DNA of 63,874 bases from Mobula birostris (lineage: Eukaryota). Numbering within the stretch: position 1 is the stretch's first letter; each line of letters begins with the position of its first letter. The notes under the pieces were generated by a model. It did no database searches. It had not been told where the DNA came from and was given only the letters and a program-made list of their open reading frames with translations. The DNA lies in assembly GCF_030028105.1 (NCBI RefSeq), contig NC_092389.1, forward strand, positions 64,748,851 through 64,812,724. The letters are read 5' to 3'. The position numbers and the translations under genes are program-made. Below are positions 12,481-25,300 of this stretch, piece by piece.

Positions 12481-13664
12481 GAGAAAGGGGGAACACCACC
12501 TCATTGGTCCTTTTCACACGAATTATGTATTTTTGGTAATTTAGTATAATTTTGTATCATTTCATTACACGGCTGCTGCTAAAAACAACTTAGAAAAGAC
12601 AATAGCGTTAAACCTGACTCAGAACGTTTAAAGGAGATGTGCGTTTCAAGTTTTGTTTTTCATACCCATCGTGGTGAGTGTCTGGAGTGAATGTCAGGGG
12701 TGGTGGTGGAGGCAGATGCGAGAGAGGTTATTAGATACCGCATGAATGTGAGGAGAATGGAGGGATGTGGAGCTTGTGTAGGCAGAAAGGTCTGGTTTAG
12801 TATGGCATGAAATGACCAGTTCAGTTGGTTCAGAACAGCACAGTGAGCAGAAGGGCTTGTTGAAGGACAAGTACAGCAAGTAGAGCAGGTTGATAAAGTG
12901 TTCCCAGTCAGAGAACAGACTGTGACGTCAGTGGATATATGCCGGTATCATAGTTCTCTCACTGTCGGTACTTTACAGCTGAAGAAAATTAAGTGTGTGA
13001 TGTTTATAACGGATACAGTGAATTGCACTGATCAGACATCTCGTCCTTCTGAGGAAATTAAAATTATTGTGAAAGTTGCAGAAAGATATCCTGGTGTAAC
13101 TGGTGTTATGTGGGATGCTGTAATTGAAGTTCTGACGGGTGGGGTATCTGTATCCAGTCTACTTGTGAAGGTACATAATGTATTAAAATATTGCAGTGGG
13201 GGCCGGCTGGTGCCGCAACGACATCGGCGCCCCACCCGGGAACCCCTCCGTTCCCGGGTCCGAAACTAGTCGTGTCCGCACCCGAGTACGCTTTCCATCC
13301 GTGCCGGTTTGAGTGTCGAGATCGCAACTCGACCGCATAAAATACAAAGGGAAAATACTGCGAAAATATCTCTGTGAGGAGTGGCGCGCCACACAGGCTC
13401 TCTCTCGCTCAGCGCCTTGTAAAAGCCATGAAAAAGACATCATCACGGGCGCACGCAAGAACACGCAGATGCACGCGCACAGACGTGCACGCACGCACAA
13501 GCAGACGCACACGCACAGACGCGCACGCTCGCAGACTCACAGACCCGCACGCACGCAGCCACACGCCAAAAAAAAACTTGCAGTGGAACGCGAGAACTCT
13601 GAATTAAAATGTCAAGTCTTTAAAAAGTTTATTTCTGATTTGTTCGTCAAACTCTCCCGATGAT

Positions 13665-16600
13665 CAACTGCAGGATATCGTGGACTCGATCTGAAACATC
13701 CCGGATCCTGGCACCTGGGAGGCAAACTACCATCCGAGTTTCATTCCTGCGTATACAGAATTGCCTGTCTAACCCCTAACTATAGGGTCTCCTATCACTG
13801 CTGCCTCTCTCTTCTTTTCCCTACCCTTCCGAGCCACAGGGCCGGACTCTGTGCCAGAGACACGGCCACTGTTCCTTCCCCCAGCTAGGCTGCACCCCCC
13901 CCCCCAATAACACTGAAGCAGGAGTATTTATTGTCAAGGGGTACAGCCCCAGGGGTACTCTCTAGCACCTGACTCTTCCCCCTCCTTCTCCTGACTGTTA
14001 CCAACTTGTCAGTCTCCCGTGGCCAGGTGTGACCAACTGCCTATAACTCCTTTCTATCACCTCCTCGCTCTCCCTGACCAGACGAGCAATTCTGTGGGCG
14101 CAGGAATGAAACTCGGATGGTAGTTTGCCCTCCAGGTGCCAGGGTCCGGGATGTTTCAGATCGAGTCCACGATATCCTGCAGTGGGAGGGAGAACAGCCA
14201 GAGGTCGTGGTACATATTGGAACCGATGACAAAGGTAGGAAAAGGGAAGAGGTCCTGAAGAAAGACTACAGGGAGTTAGGAAGGAAGTTGAGAAGCAGGA
14301 CCGCAAAGGTACTAGTCTCGGGATTCCTGCCCGTGCCACGTGTCAGTGAGGAGAGGAATAGAATGAGCTGGAGGATAAATGAGTGGCTGAGGGATTGGAG
14401 CAGGGGGCAGGGATTCAGATTTCTCAATCATTGGGACCTATTTTGGGGTAGATGTGACCTGTACAAAAAGGACGGGTTGCACTTGAATCCAAGGGGGGGG
14501 GGGGGGCAATATATTGGCGGAGAGGTTTGTTAAGGCTACTGGGGAGAGTTTAAACTAGAGTTGTTGGGAGGTGGGAACCGAACTGAGGAGTCTGGGGAAG
14601 AGACAGTTGGCTCACAAATAGAGAAAGCTTGCAGACAGTGCGAGAGGGAGGATAGGCAGGTGATAGAGAAGGGACGCGCTGAGACGAACGGTTTGAGATG
14701 TGTCTATTTTAATGCAAACTGTATTGTGAACAAAGCGGATGAGCTCAGGGCGTGGATCTGTATTTGGAGCTATGATGTATTGGTCATTACAAAGACTTGG
14801 ATGGCTCAGGGACAGGAATGGTTACTTCAAGTGCCTGGTTTTAGATGTTTCAGAAAGGACAGGGAGGGAGGCAAAGGAGGTGGGGCGTGGCACTGTTGAT
14901 GAGAGATTGTGCCACGGCTGCAGGAAAAGTAGACATCATGGAGAGATTGTCGACGGAGTCTCTATGGGTGAAGGTTAGGAACAGGAACGGGTCAATAACT
15001 TTATTGGGTGTGTTTGTAGGCCGCCCAATAGTAACAGGGATATCAAGGAGCACATAGGGAAACAAATACTGGAAAGGTCTAACAATAACATAGTTGTCGT
15101 GATGGAAGATTTTAATTTCCCAAATATCGACTGGCATCTCTATAGAGCAAGGGGTTTAGATTGGATGGCGTTTGTCAGGTGTGTTCAGGAAGGTTTCTTG
15201 CCACAATATGTAGATAAGCCTACAAGAAGAAAGACTGTAATTGATTTGGTATTGGAAAATGAACCCGTCAAGTGTCAGATCTCTAAGTGGGAGAGCAGTT
15301 TGGAGATAGTGATCATAATTCTATCTCCTTTGCAATAGCATTGGAGGGATATAGGAACAGACAAGTTAGTAAAGGGTTTAATTGGAGTAAGGGGAAATAT
15401 GAGGCTATCAGGCAGGAAATTGGAAGCTTAAATTGGGAACAGATGTTCTCAGGGAAATGTGAGGAAGAAATCTTGCAAATGTTTAGGGGATGTTTGTGTG
15501 GAAGTCTGCATAGGTACGTTCCAATGAAACGGGGTAGTTATGGCAGTGTACAGGAACGGTGGTGCACCAAAGCTGTAATAAATCTAGTCAAGAAGAAGAG
15601 AAAAGCTAACTAAAGTTTCTGAGAGCTGGGTAATGTTAGAGATCTAGATGATTATAAGGCTAACAGGAAGGAGCTTAAAAAAGAAATTCGGAGAGCCAGA
15701 AGGGGCCATGAGAAGGCCTTGACAGGCAGGTTTAAGAAAAAGCCCGAGGCATTCTGCAAGTATGTGGAGAGCAAGAGGATGAGAAGTGAAAGAACAGGAC
15801 TATCAAGTGTGACAGTGGGAAAGTGTGTGTGGAACCGTACGAAATAGCAGAGGTACTTAATGAGTACTTTACTTCTGTATTCACTATGGAAAATGATCTC
15901 AGTGATTGTAGTGATCACTTGCAGCAGACTGAAAAGCTTGAGCATGTACGCATTAAAAAAGAGAATGTGCTGGAGGTTTTGGAAAGCATCATGTTGGATA
16001 AGTCGCCGGGACCGGATCGGATGTACCCCTGGCTACTGTGGGGGGCGAGGGAGGAGATTGCTGAGCCTCTGGCGATGATCTTTGAATCATCAATGTGGAC
16101 CGGAGAGGTTCCAAAGAATTGGAGGTTTGCGGATGTTGTTCATTAATTCAAGAAGGGGAGTAGAAATAGCCCAGGAAACTGTAGACCAGTGAGCCTTACT
16201 TCAGTTGTTGGTAAGGTGACGGAGAAGATCCTGCAAGACAGGGTTTATGAACATTTGGAGAGGTATAATATGATTAGGAATAATCAGCATGGCTTTGCAT
16301 TGGGCTGGTCGTGCCTTACGAGCCTGATTGATTTTTTTGAGGATGTGACTCTTGGCAGTGTGGAGGATCAGAGGGATCTTGTGGTTAGAGTCCATAGGAC
16401 GTTCAAAGTTCTGCACAGGTTGACTCTGTGGTTAAGAAATCATACGATGTATTGGCCTTCATTAATCGTGGAATTGAATTTAAGAGCCCAAAGGCAATGT
16501 TGCAGCTATGTAGGACCCCGGTCAGACGCCACTTGGAGTACTGTGCTCAGTTCTGGTCGCCTCTGTACAGGAGGGATGTGGAAGCCATAGAAAGGGTGCA

Positions 16601-17077
16601 GAGGAGATTTGCAAGTATGGTGCCTGAATTGGGGAGCAAGCCTTTTGAAAACACGTTGAGTGAACACGGCCTTCTCTCCTTGGAGCGACGGAAGATGAGA
16701 GGTGACCTGATACAGGTGTACAAGATGATGAGAGGCATTGGTCGGGTGGATAGTCAGAGACTTTTTCCCAGGGCTGAAATGGTTGCCACGAGAGGACAGA
16801 CGTTTAAGGTTCTAAGGAGCAGGTACAGAGGAGACGTCAGTGGTAAGTTTTTTTTTGCGCAGAGAGCTGTGAGTGCGTGGAATGGACTGCCGGCGGCGGT
16901 GGTGGATGCCGATACGATAGGGTCTTTTTAAGAGTCTTTTAGATAGGTGCATGGAGCTTAAAAAACAGAGGGCTGTGGGTAACCCTAGTAATTTCTAAGG
17001 TAGGGACATGTTCGACACAACTTTGTGAACCGAAGGGCCTGTATTGTGCTGTAGGTTTTCTATTTTTCTATGTTTCT
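13665..17077 (+). mobile_element. CR1 LINE with SGNH-esterase ORF1, decayed ORF2, an internal RT deletion and an inverted 5' segment (13665-14086)
   Basis: ORF1 VVCPPGARVRDV...VVVHIGTDD...DGLHLN (14117-14533); endonuclease CVYFNA, DFNFPNIDW and SDHN; RT truncated at ~16347 (FFEDVT joined to LGSVEDQRDL); tail TTTTCTATTTTTCTATGTTTCT. Confidence 0.92.
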
Positions 17078-17686
17078 GGAAAAAAAAGAGCACAGTACAG
17101 TCAACAATGTATGAAAATAACACACCTGCAAGAAATGGCGCAGAGTGTCAGTGGAGAGAGGGGAAATGGATCGGTATGGTAGTGGGGAAAATCCGAGTAC
17201 TTGCTCTTAAAGAATGCAGTCCTATGCCTGAAAAAATTGGTATTGTATCTATCTATTTTTTCAAGATACTTTTACGAAATTAACCCCTTACATTAGTCAC
17301 CGATGACCTCCTTCTTCCATATTAGTTTAGTTGTGGAGTTTGTCTTCAGGATACATAACTAATATAATTGTTTATGAAATTATTTCTCATCGAAATTGGC
17401 CATTATTGTGACAGCAAATCAATCTGACAGGAAAAAGGAGGTCTGAACATTTCTCTTGCGGGAAATAATTGTTGAATTAAACAACCAAACTAAATGTAAT
17501 TTCTTCACCCCAGAATCTCAATCCGGTTCGCCTATTGTTGCAATTGATAATTATTTGACAGTGATAGTACACGATGTAAACATATTGAGAATAAGGATTA
17601 TTTTATTTGAAACGCACGAACCCTATGTCATAGACGGAGAATGTTCAATGTTCTCGTTAGAAGGTAAGAATGAACAAAATTAAACG

Positions 17687-17853
17687 TAATTGTTATTTTG
17701 TGATTCTCCCGAGGGAGCGATCTTCATTTCACGATTACACAATTCATATAAATGGAAACAAACCTCAATTGTTTGTTCAGTGGACTGTCACTGATGTGAC
17801 TAACCACGTGGTATGATTAATTGTCAGAGTGCACTTTTCTCTCCTGTATAAGA
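17687..17853 (+). promoter_or_regulatory. Putative proximal promoter of GPCR gene 1
   Basis: TAATTG (17687, 17818), EBF/Olf1-type palindrome TCCCGAGGGA (17707-17716), CACGTG (17805) and TATAAGA (17847), about 80 nt before the ATG. Motif matches only. Confidence 0.45.
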
Positions 17854-17928
17854 GCTTGCAAATCAAACAATCACCAGTGGATATTGGCAGTTAGACTATT
17901 TTCAACTGATCTCCAATTCACACAGAAA

Positions 17929-17998
17929 ATGGGATATCCAGCAATTTACTACATCGCAAGTATCTACTATCCTGTACTAGCAGCGATTGGTATCCCTG
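17929..17998 (+). CDS. GPR139/GPR142-like class A GPCR gene 1, coding exon 1
   Basis: ATG GGA TAT... encodes MGYPAIYYIASIYYPVLAAIGIP and ends G|GTAAGT (phase 1). It splices in frame to exon 2, giving GIP-V-NLVAIVIL in TM1. Confidence 0.88.
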
Positions 17999-19015
17999 GT
18001 AAGTTAACTGGAGTTGTCTCCTACTATATGTGTGTGCTTTGTTCTTGTGAAATTTGTTACAGATTGTGCCTCATCTGATGAGTGTTTTATGCTTGTTCAT
18101 GTTGAAATATATATTTTATTTTATTCTTTCTTTTTCTCCAGAATTGTTACTCGTTTCTCATGCCCGATGATTTTGTCAATATTAACATTGATATTGTTCT
18201 AGCATTTTACCTTACTCGAACTTCCAACTTTACCAGCACGCATTGTTCTAAATTTGATTGTCTATCAAAATATAAACTGAAACGTTTACTAAAATGAATA
18301 TAAATCTTCAGCTTCGTTGCCGCCCTCTTTGCAAACTTCCCGCTTTTTCTGCCATAACCATTTTTTTTCCTTTCCATCTTAACGTAACGAGAAAGATCAT
18401 TCTTTTTCTATTTATTTATCGAAATGTCTTTGATATAGCCACAACAACCTGAAATACTCCTTCATTTTACCGTGTCCTCCTTCTTTGGCCAGGTTTAATT
18501 TAGATAAGATTTATTTTAATTCTTACTTTCATCATACAGCATGAGGGAGCAGAAATATTTGTCATATCTTGGTCGCAATGTACAAGAGTCAAGTTTATTT
18601 GCCACCTGAACATTCAATCATGCATTTTGCTCTGCTGCAACTCCACTCAAAAATGTTATTTGAGAAGAAACAGTCTCTCTGAGTCAATTTTATTCCTGCA
18701 TTATAAAATACCTTTAGCATTCTCAGCTGTCCGGATGAGTGGGTCGAATAGCCACCCATTGAAACCCTACGGTCAACTGGAAAGTTGCGGCTCAGCTGTT
18801 TCTCGGGCCCATCATTATTATCCAGTCGAAGGACAGTGACGGAGCTGGAACAAACACCATTTCCAATGTTTGGAAGTGAAGCCCGCCCGACCCGGCAAAT
18901 GATCAGATGTCTGAGTTTCACTCAATCCGATTCAACACATTTCTATGTATGTATATGAAGTAAAAATGATCAGGGTGTGTGCGCGTGAAACTAACTCTTC
19001 TTTGTTTCCTTGCAG

Positions 19016-19932
19016 TTAATTTAGTGGCGATTGTGATCTTGTCTCTGGGAAACTGCGGGCTCTCTAAATGTATCTCCCGTTACCTGGTGGGAATGGCAGC
19101 AGCTGATTTAATGGGTGTTATTTTTGCTGTTGTACTCTGTGAGATCAATAATATTTATACTTATGCTCTTCCTTTTCTCATTACACCGATTTGCGCCGTG
19201 ACGCTTGCCCTGAGTGTCGCAACCATGGACTGTTCTGTTTGGCTCACCGTGGCTTTCACGTTCGATCGCTGTCTTGCAATCTGCAGTCAAAAGCTGCGGG
19301 AACGATACTGCACCGAGAGGACAGCGACTATTATGATAGTAATCGTGGGTTTAGGAAGTTGTGCAAAGGATGTTCCATTGTACTTTGCGGTAGAACCTCT
19401 CTTTATCACTGATAATATACCCTGGCGATGTATTTTCAAAAAGGATTACCTTATTTTACCAGCGTGGAAAGCATACCAGTTGTTTAGCACTCTCACTACA
19501 CCTTTATTGCCGATCGGCTTGATTCTGCTTTTTAATGGTTTAACAGTCAGTCATATTAGCGCGGCAAACAGAGTTCGCCGGGGGCTCAGGAACAGCAGAG
19601 AGAAAAAGAATGATCCAGAGGCGGAGAACCGGAGAAAGTCGATAATTTTGTTGTTCGCTCTTTCCGCCAATTTCATATTGTTGTGGATCCCCATTATTGT
19701 ATATAATATAAACTGGCAATTTCAGAATTACTCTTACACCGACAGATATTTGAATACCCCGTCTTACATCCTGCAGCAGTTTGGGATCATGTTACAATAT
19801 CTCTGTACCTGCACCAACACGTGTATCTACACTCTGTCACAGAGGAAATTCAGGGAGGAGCTGAAGAGAGGAGTGAAACGTCTGGTTAAGTTGTGTGATC
19901 GACTCTGTAGCTACAATGCTGTGCGATTGTAA
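19016..19932 (+). CDS. GPR139/GPR142-like class A GPCR gene 1, coding exon 2 (full CDS 328 aa)
   Basis: CTAAC branch point, pyrimidine tract and TTGCAG acceptor. Open 7TM frame with YLVGMAAADL (TM2), SVWLTVAFTFDRCLAIC (TM3), LLWIP (TM6) and NTCIY...KFR (TM7/H8). Motifs and TM1 intron position match GPR139-type receptors. Confidence 0.93.
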
Positions 19933-20304
19933 GCTTTAATGGAGTTCAAAGGCATTTCTTTGTTATTTATGAGTCTGGTAAATGTGTCTATATTCCAGCA
20001 GCCTGGTGAGCGAATGTTAGTAGTTTGCAGGCTCCAGTAAGTCAGTAAAATTACTTCAATTATACGCGGCAAGAAACAACAAATCGGCACTCCAAGGATC
20101 TCCGACCCTCTTTGCCCGTTGCCTCACAAAGATGACTATCATAGCGATTCAGATGTTCACCCTGACAACCCTCTGCTGAACCCTCACCAACATGTTTATT
20201 TGTCCACCGCTGACGTCCGTACCCCCATTTCCCCTTCTGTCAGTCGGTATTCCCAACTGATTACGGCGCGTGCCCTACCCTCATACAGTGATGTCCTCTG
20301 AATA

Positions 20305-21130
20305 TACACTGTAGTTTGGACAGAGACTGGAGACGATAGAGTATAGTGGTGACAGGGACTGCGGACAGTACAGAGTAGAAGTGAAAGAGGCTGGAGATTA
20401 TGCTATATGGGGGTGAGTGTGTTATCAGACGATAGAGTATAAGGGTGACAGAGACTAGTCACTATCACTATAGAGGTGACAGAGACTGGAGACTATAGAC
20501 TATGGGGTGACAAAGACTGGAGACTATAGGCTATAGTGCTGAGAGAGACTGGAGACTATAGACTATGGGGTGACAGAGATTGAAGACTAAAGAGTGCAGG
20601 GATGACGGAGACTCGGGACTATACAATATATGGGTGACAGAGACTGGAGACAATAGCGTATAGGGGAGTCAGAGACAGGAGTCTATAGAGTATAACGGGT
20701 ACAGTGGCTGGAGCCGATACACTATAGGGGTGACAGAGTCTGGAGTCTGCAGAGTACAGGGGTAACAGAGGCTGGAGACTATCGAGTACAGGGTTGACGG
20801 ATATTGGAGACTATACGGTATAGGTGTGACAGCGAAGAAGACTACAGTATAGGGGTGACAGAGACGGAAGCCTATACACTTTATGCGTGACCGTGACTAG
20901 AGACAATTCACTGTAGGTGTGACAGAGACGTGAGCCTATCACTTTAAGTGTGACAGAGACGAGGGACAATTCACTATAAGGGTGACAGAGACTGGGGACA
21001 TTACAATGCAAGGGTAATGAAGAGGGAAGACTGTATAGCATAGGGGAGACAGAGACTTTAGATGATGCAGTGTTGGTGTGACAAAGACAAGAAACTATAC
21101 AGATTGGTGTCTATACAGTATAAGGGAGAC
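20305..21130. repeat. ~31-32 bp minisatellite (GGGGTGACAGAGACTGGAGACTATAGACTAT-like), ~25 degenerate copies
   Basis: Head-to-tail units are visible directly, with no unique spacers. Confidence 0.9.
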
Positions 21131-21134
21131 AAAG

Positions 21135-21950
21135 ATAGCAGAACACAGAGACTTGGTCTTGAGAAGGATAGAGACACAGAGCCTTGGTCTAGAGCATGGG
21201 AACACGGAGCATTGGACTTGAGAGACAGGAACACAGAGACATGGAACGCAGAGCCGGGACCCCTCCTTGGGAACAGGACTTTTGGCCGCGGCTGTGCGCA
21301 GAGCCAGGACCCCTCCTAGGGAGTGGGCCGTAGGGTCGGGACTCGTACACAGAACACAGAGAGACAGTTCCCAACACAAGATAGTGACAAACGGCCAGAC
21401 ATACTTAGCCAAGGTGTGGACACAGAGACGGTTCCCAACACAAAGTAGCGGCAAAAAGCCGGACCAACCCAGCGAAGGCTTGGACACAGAGACAGTTCCA
21501 AACAACGATAGACAGTTCCTTATCTAGACACAGCAAGGCTCGCGTCTTGCTCCAGCAGTAGAACTTGACAGCGATACAGGCGAGGACACAGGCGAGGTTG
21601 CAGGTAAGGCTTCGGGCAAACGTTGAAGGCAAGGCTTCAGGCAAACGTTGAAGGCAAGGCTTCAGACATGGCTTCAGGCAAAGGCTTCAGGAGCAAGGTG
21701 AAGGTAATAGAATAGTCCAGACTCAGGGTAACGGCTAAAACAGCCTGGCTTACCCCACGGAGGCGAGGTCGGGATACTGACGAAACGATCTAGCACCCAC
21801 CCTCGAACCCAAGGCCACTTATATTCCCACCCCAAGATAAGCATTAGGTGCCTATGATTCAGTCCAACTGAAACAAGAGACAGCCAGAAGACCGGAGTCC
21901 ACGGACCAGGCCGTGAACCAGAACGCGGACTTCACGACTGGGCCATGACA
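21135..21950 (-). mobile_element. Partial solo LTR, same family as 38002-39365
   Basis: Ends GGCCATGACA (LTR start TGTCATGG on the minus strand). Internal ACAGAACACAGAGA and CCGGGACCCCTCCTTGG repeats match the reverse complement of ~38940-39050. Confidence 0.7.
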
Positions 21951-22374
21951 GGTGACCCTCGTCGGGTGCGATTCCTCACACATCATAGTGAGTAGTGACA
22001 CAGCCACATGCACATTAGATTATCCCAGATCAAGAATCATTTCAAACAGTTCGTAAAATAGCTGCTTCTACCTTACAGAAATAACGAAAACGATGTTCAA
22101 AGTTCAGAATGTATTTATCAGTAAAGTACCCTGAGATTCATCACACCTGAAATCGACCTACACGCCCTAATCCCCATATCCGCCGGCACACTCCTAAATC
22201 TGCGCACATCCCCAAATATGTGCGAACTCCTAAATCCACTGACACCCCACATGCGCATTAGATTACCTGAGGTCAAGAATCATTTCAAACTGTTCAGTTG
22301 TTCCACCTTAAACTAATATCAAGAACAAAGTTCAAAGTGCATTTTTTATTAAAGTATCAAAAATGAAACAACCT

Positions 22375-25300
22375 TCTGTTTTGTCATAACCCCATATCCG
22401 CAGATATATTTAATGACGGGCACCACCCGTAGTAAGGCCTCAGCGATCTTGCACACTGTGTGGCACCAATACGTCAAACTCCGGGTGTAGAACGATTTGT
22501 ACAGCAGAGTAACCTGAGAGCCCGCGTCAGTTCTGCCCACAGCATAAATACGCACGATACGTAGGGATTCGCTCCGGCTTAGATCCACTAAGCCTTCAGG
22601 AAGAGGAACTTTCACATTAGGTTTGCCTTGATGGATTGATTGGAATGTGTTCCCATCGAGACGCCAGGCCGTTCCCTCACTGGGTCTCCCGGAAGTTTCC
22701 TGATTTACCCTCTGGCCGAAGTGATCGCGGGCTCACTCTCTATGGATTTCCACGTTCTTTACACTCCCTCCTGAATTGTCCTCCTCACCACAGTGGTACA
22801 GACAATACTGGCTGATCGCTTTTTCAAGAGGCCCCGTTCAACAGCATCCCATCAGTGAGTCCGGCTCCCCATCGGCTATGTCATGCTTGGTAGCAACAGG
22901 TACCGATTATAGCCTGGACATCTCAGTTCTATGATCTACCACAAACTCCTGTAACACCCCCGGTTCTGAGATATCATTGTTCACTTCAGCAACGGAGGTT
23001 ACTAACAAGGACGCCACTCTGCTGACGGAGGCCCCGATCACTATGTATCCACATGGGGAGGCTATAATAAATGAAATACTACTCCCATAACACCTTGGCT
23101 CCGTACACGCCCTCTGATCCTGGGGCAAGCTTGCGTATATCTGGTGTAGTAATCCATAATGAACAAGACATTCGTCATGTTGCTGGTATCTGACAGGAAA
23201 TCCATACACACCAGATCAAGAGGCCCCGCACACTGCAAATGGGACAATGGAGTGGCCCTCGTTGGCAGCGTCTTCCTCCGTATACATTGAATGCAGGACA
23301 TGCCGTACTCGTCGAGCCTCGGTTTCATTCGGGGCCAGTAGAATGATCGTTGAGCAATCCGTAGGTCTTATCAAACCCCAAATGGCCAGAGTCATCATGA
23401 AGTGACTTCAACACGATCCTCCGATACTTCTCAGACAGAACCAGCTGTGAACGTCGGGGCCAGCTGACATGACCCAGTACAGGATCTGGTTCCTCATCTC
23501 CAATCCAGGCAATTTCCTCAGTAATTGACTAATTACCCAACTTATCCGCCACAGCCCATTCCAATGTCAGGAACTCCAAACTGTGCGTGGGATAGTTTTT
23601 CTTTTTGGAGGATGAGAGACTCTGGGTAACAAATGCAACAGGTCTCAACCCGGTGTCCTGATCCTGAGACGGAACACCCCTAAGCCTTCTCTGCTGGCAT
23701 TCGTATTCAGTACATACGGCAATCGGGGTCTGCAAAAGCCAGCACAGGCGCTTGTGTCAGCAGCTCCTTCAGCAACTGAAAGGCCTCTTCACATTGCGCA
23801 TCTCATTTGGCTCCAAAAGTCTGCGAAGGGCTAAGTTAATCTTCACCCTCTTCTCCTATTGTTTTCCTCCCGTTCTCCCGCAAGGGCAACAGCACAGACG
23901 CTGATTTAAAGAGTGACTTCACGAAACTCCGATAGCACCCACAGAAACCAAGGAAAGAGCTGAAAGCTCTCGCAGTCTGGGGCCTTGGCCATGTGATCAT
24001 CACCCCTATCTTAGACAGATCTGCATCTACTCCGTCAAGAGACTATGTGCCCAATATAGTTGACAGGCGTCTTGCAGAACTGGCACTTGTCCAGGGAATG
24101 TTTTAACACTTCAGCTTTCAGGCGGCTCAGCACCTTTAGTAGTCTCGCTTCATGTTCCTCCAAGGTGGACCCAAACACTATAAGGTCATACAGATACACC
24201 ATACCTCAAGCAAGCGCATATCCCCCACCGTCTTCTCCATGACCAGCCGGAAGTTCGCTGGGCTCCCGACATGCCATGGGGCAACCTTTCGATGGGGAAG
24301 AATCCTAGCGGACATACAAATGCTGTCTTCTCTTTGTCAGCCTCACCCATGGGAACCTGTTAGTACCCGCTCCGCAAGTCCGGCACACTGAACCACTTCG
24401 CTCTGCTGAGACAGGCCAGCGCGTTCTCAATCCTCGGGACGGTATACCGGTTGGAAACGGCGCACCTATTCAGGGTCCTATTGTCCACACACATCCGTAC
24501 ATTCCCATTCTGCGTCCTGGCCATGACGATTGGGGAAGCATAAGGGCTTCTGGACTCAGTGATGATCCCAGCTTCATTCACCTTACACAAATGCTGCCGG
24601 ACGTCTTCCACCTCAACAAGAGCCAGTCTCCGCGGCCGTTCTCTGAACGGGGTGTTTTGGGTCACCCGGAGAGAGTGGAGAGTGCTCTTCGAACAACTCA
24701 CCTGGAACTCCTCAGTAGAAAAAACACCTTCCAGTTTCAACATCTTCTGTATCAGCTTCCTCTTCAACCCACAGGTACTGGGGATTCCCTAAGGTGAATG
24801 ACTCAGCAGTCACCTTTACCTTTCTCGAACAGAGTTTCTCCCTGGCTCGTCTCACAGGGACAGTAGACAAAACCGTTACCGAGAAGAGGTGCACCGGGGG
24901 CATCCCCTGCTTAAAGGTAACCTCCCGCTTCATTGTGTCCCTGGCAGTCACTGCCATCCTGTTCACCTGTACAACCGAGGGCTTCTGCAGTTCAGGTCTC
25001 ACCAGCACCCCAGCAGGTCAGCCTGACTTCTCTTCCTGGTCTTCCGGAGCATCCACCAAGAGGGCCTCGGCCTCAGGCATTCTGGGAAATTTGTGGTTTC
25101 CCATCACTCTCGTTACTTACCCAGGCCGTCACACGATTGTTTTTCACCGGATGAACCACACAGTCTCTCGTCTGAGCTCGTTATCCGGCCCAGAGCGGCC
25201 ATGCAGTTCGAAAGCCCTGGTGAAATGACAATGTTTTCCGAAAGCTCTCTACAGCTCTCTCCGTGCAGCCTTGCATTAGCCTCCCCACAGCAGGAGTATT

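Larger units (their letters stand above)
6393..13510. repeat. Left arm of a large inverted duplication (right arm ~50955-56711)
   Basis: Peptides recur on opposite strands in reversed order: 6407-6733(-)/56371-56697(+); 8927-9235(-)/55258-55626(+); 10436-11053(+)/53594-53977(-); 12898-13269(+)/51320-51550(-); 13313-13663(+)/50939-51160(-). Confidence 0.95.

Noticed and set aside
18979-19015. ORF-track N-termini of the GPCRs (18979 and 45154 starts)
   Set aside because: These are non-ATG starts in intronic pyrimidine tracts. Canonical splicing to upstream exons completes TM1.
20305-21130. CRISPR-like array
   Set aside because: Units are contiguous and degenerate with no unique spacers or cas genes, and the context is eukaryotic.
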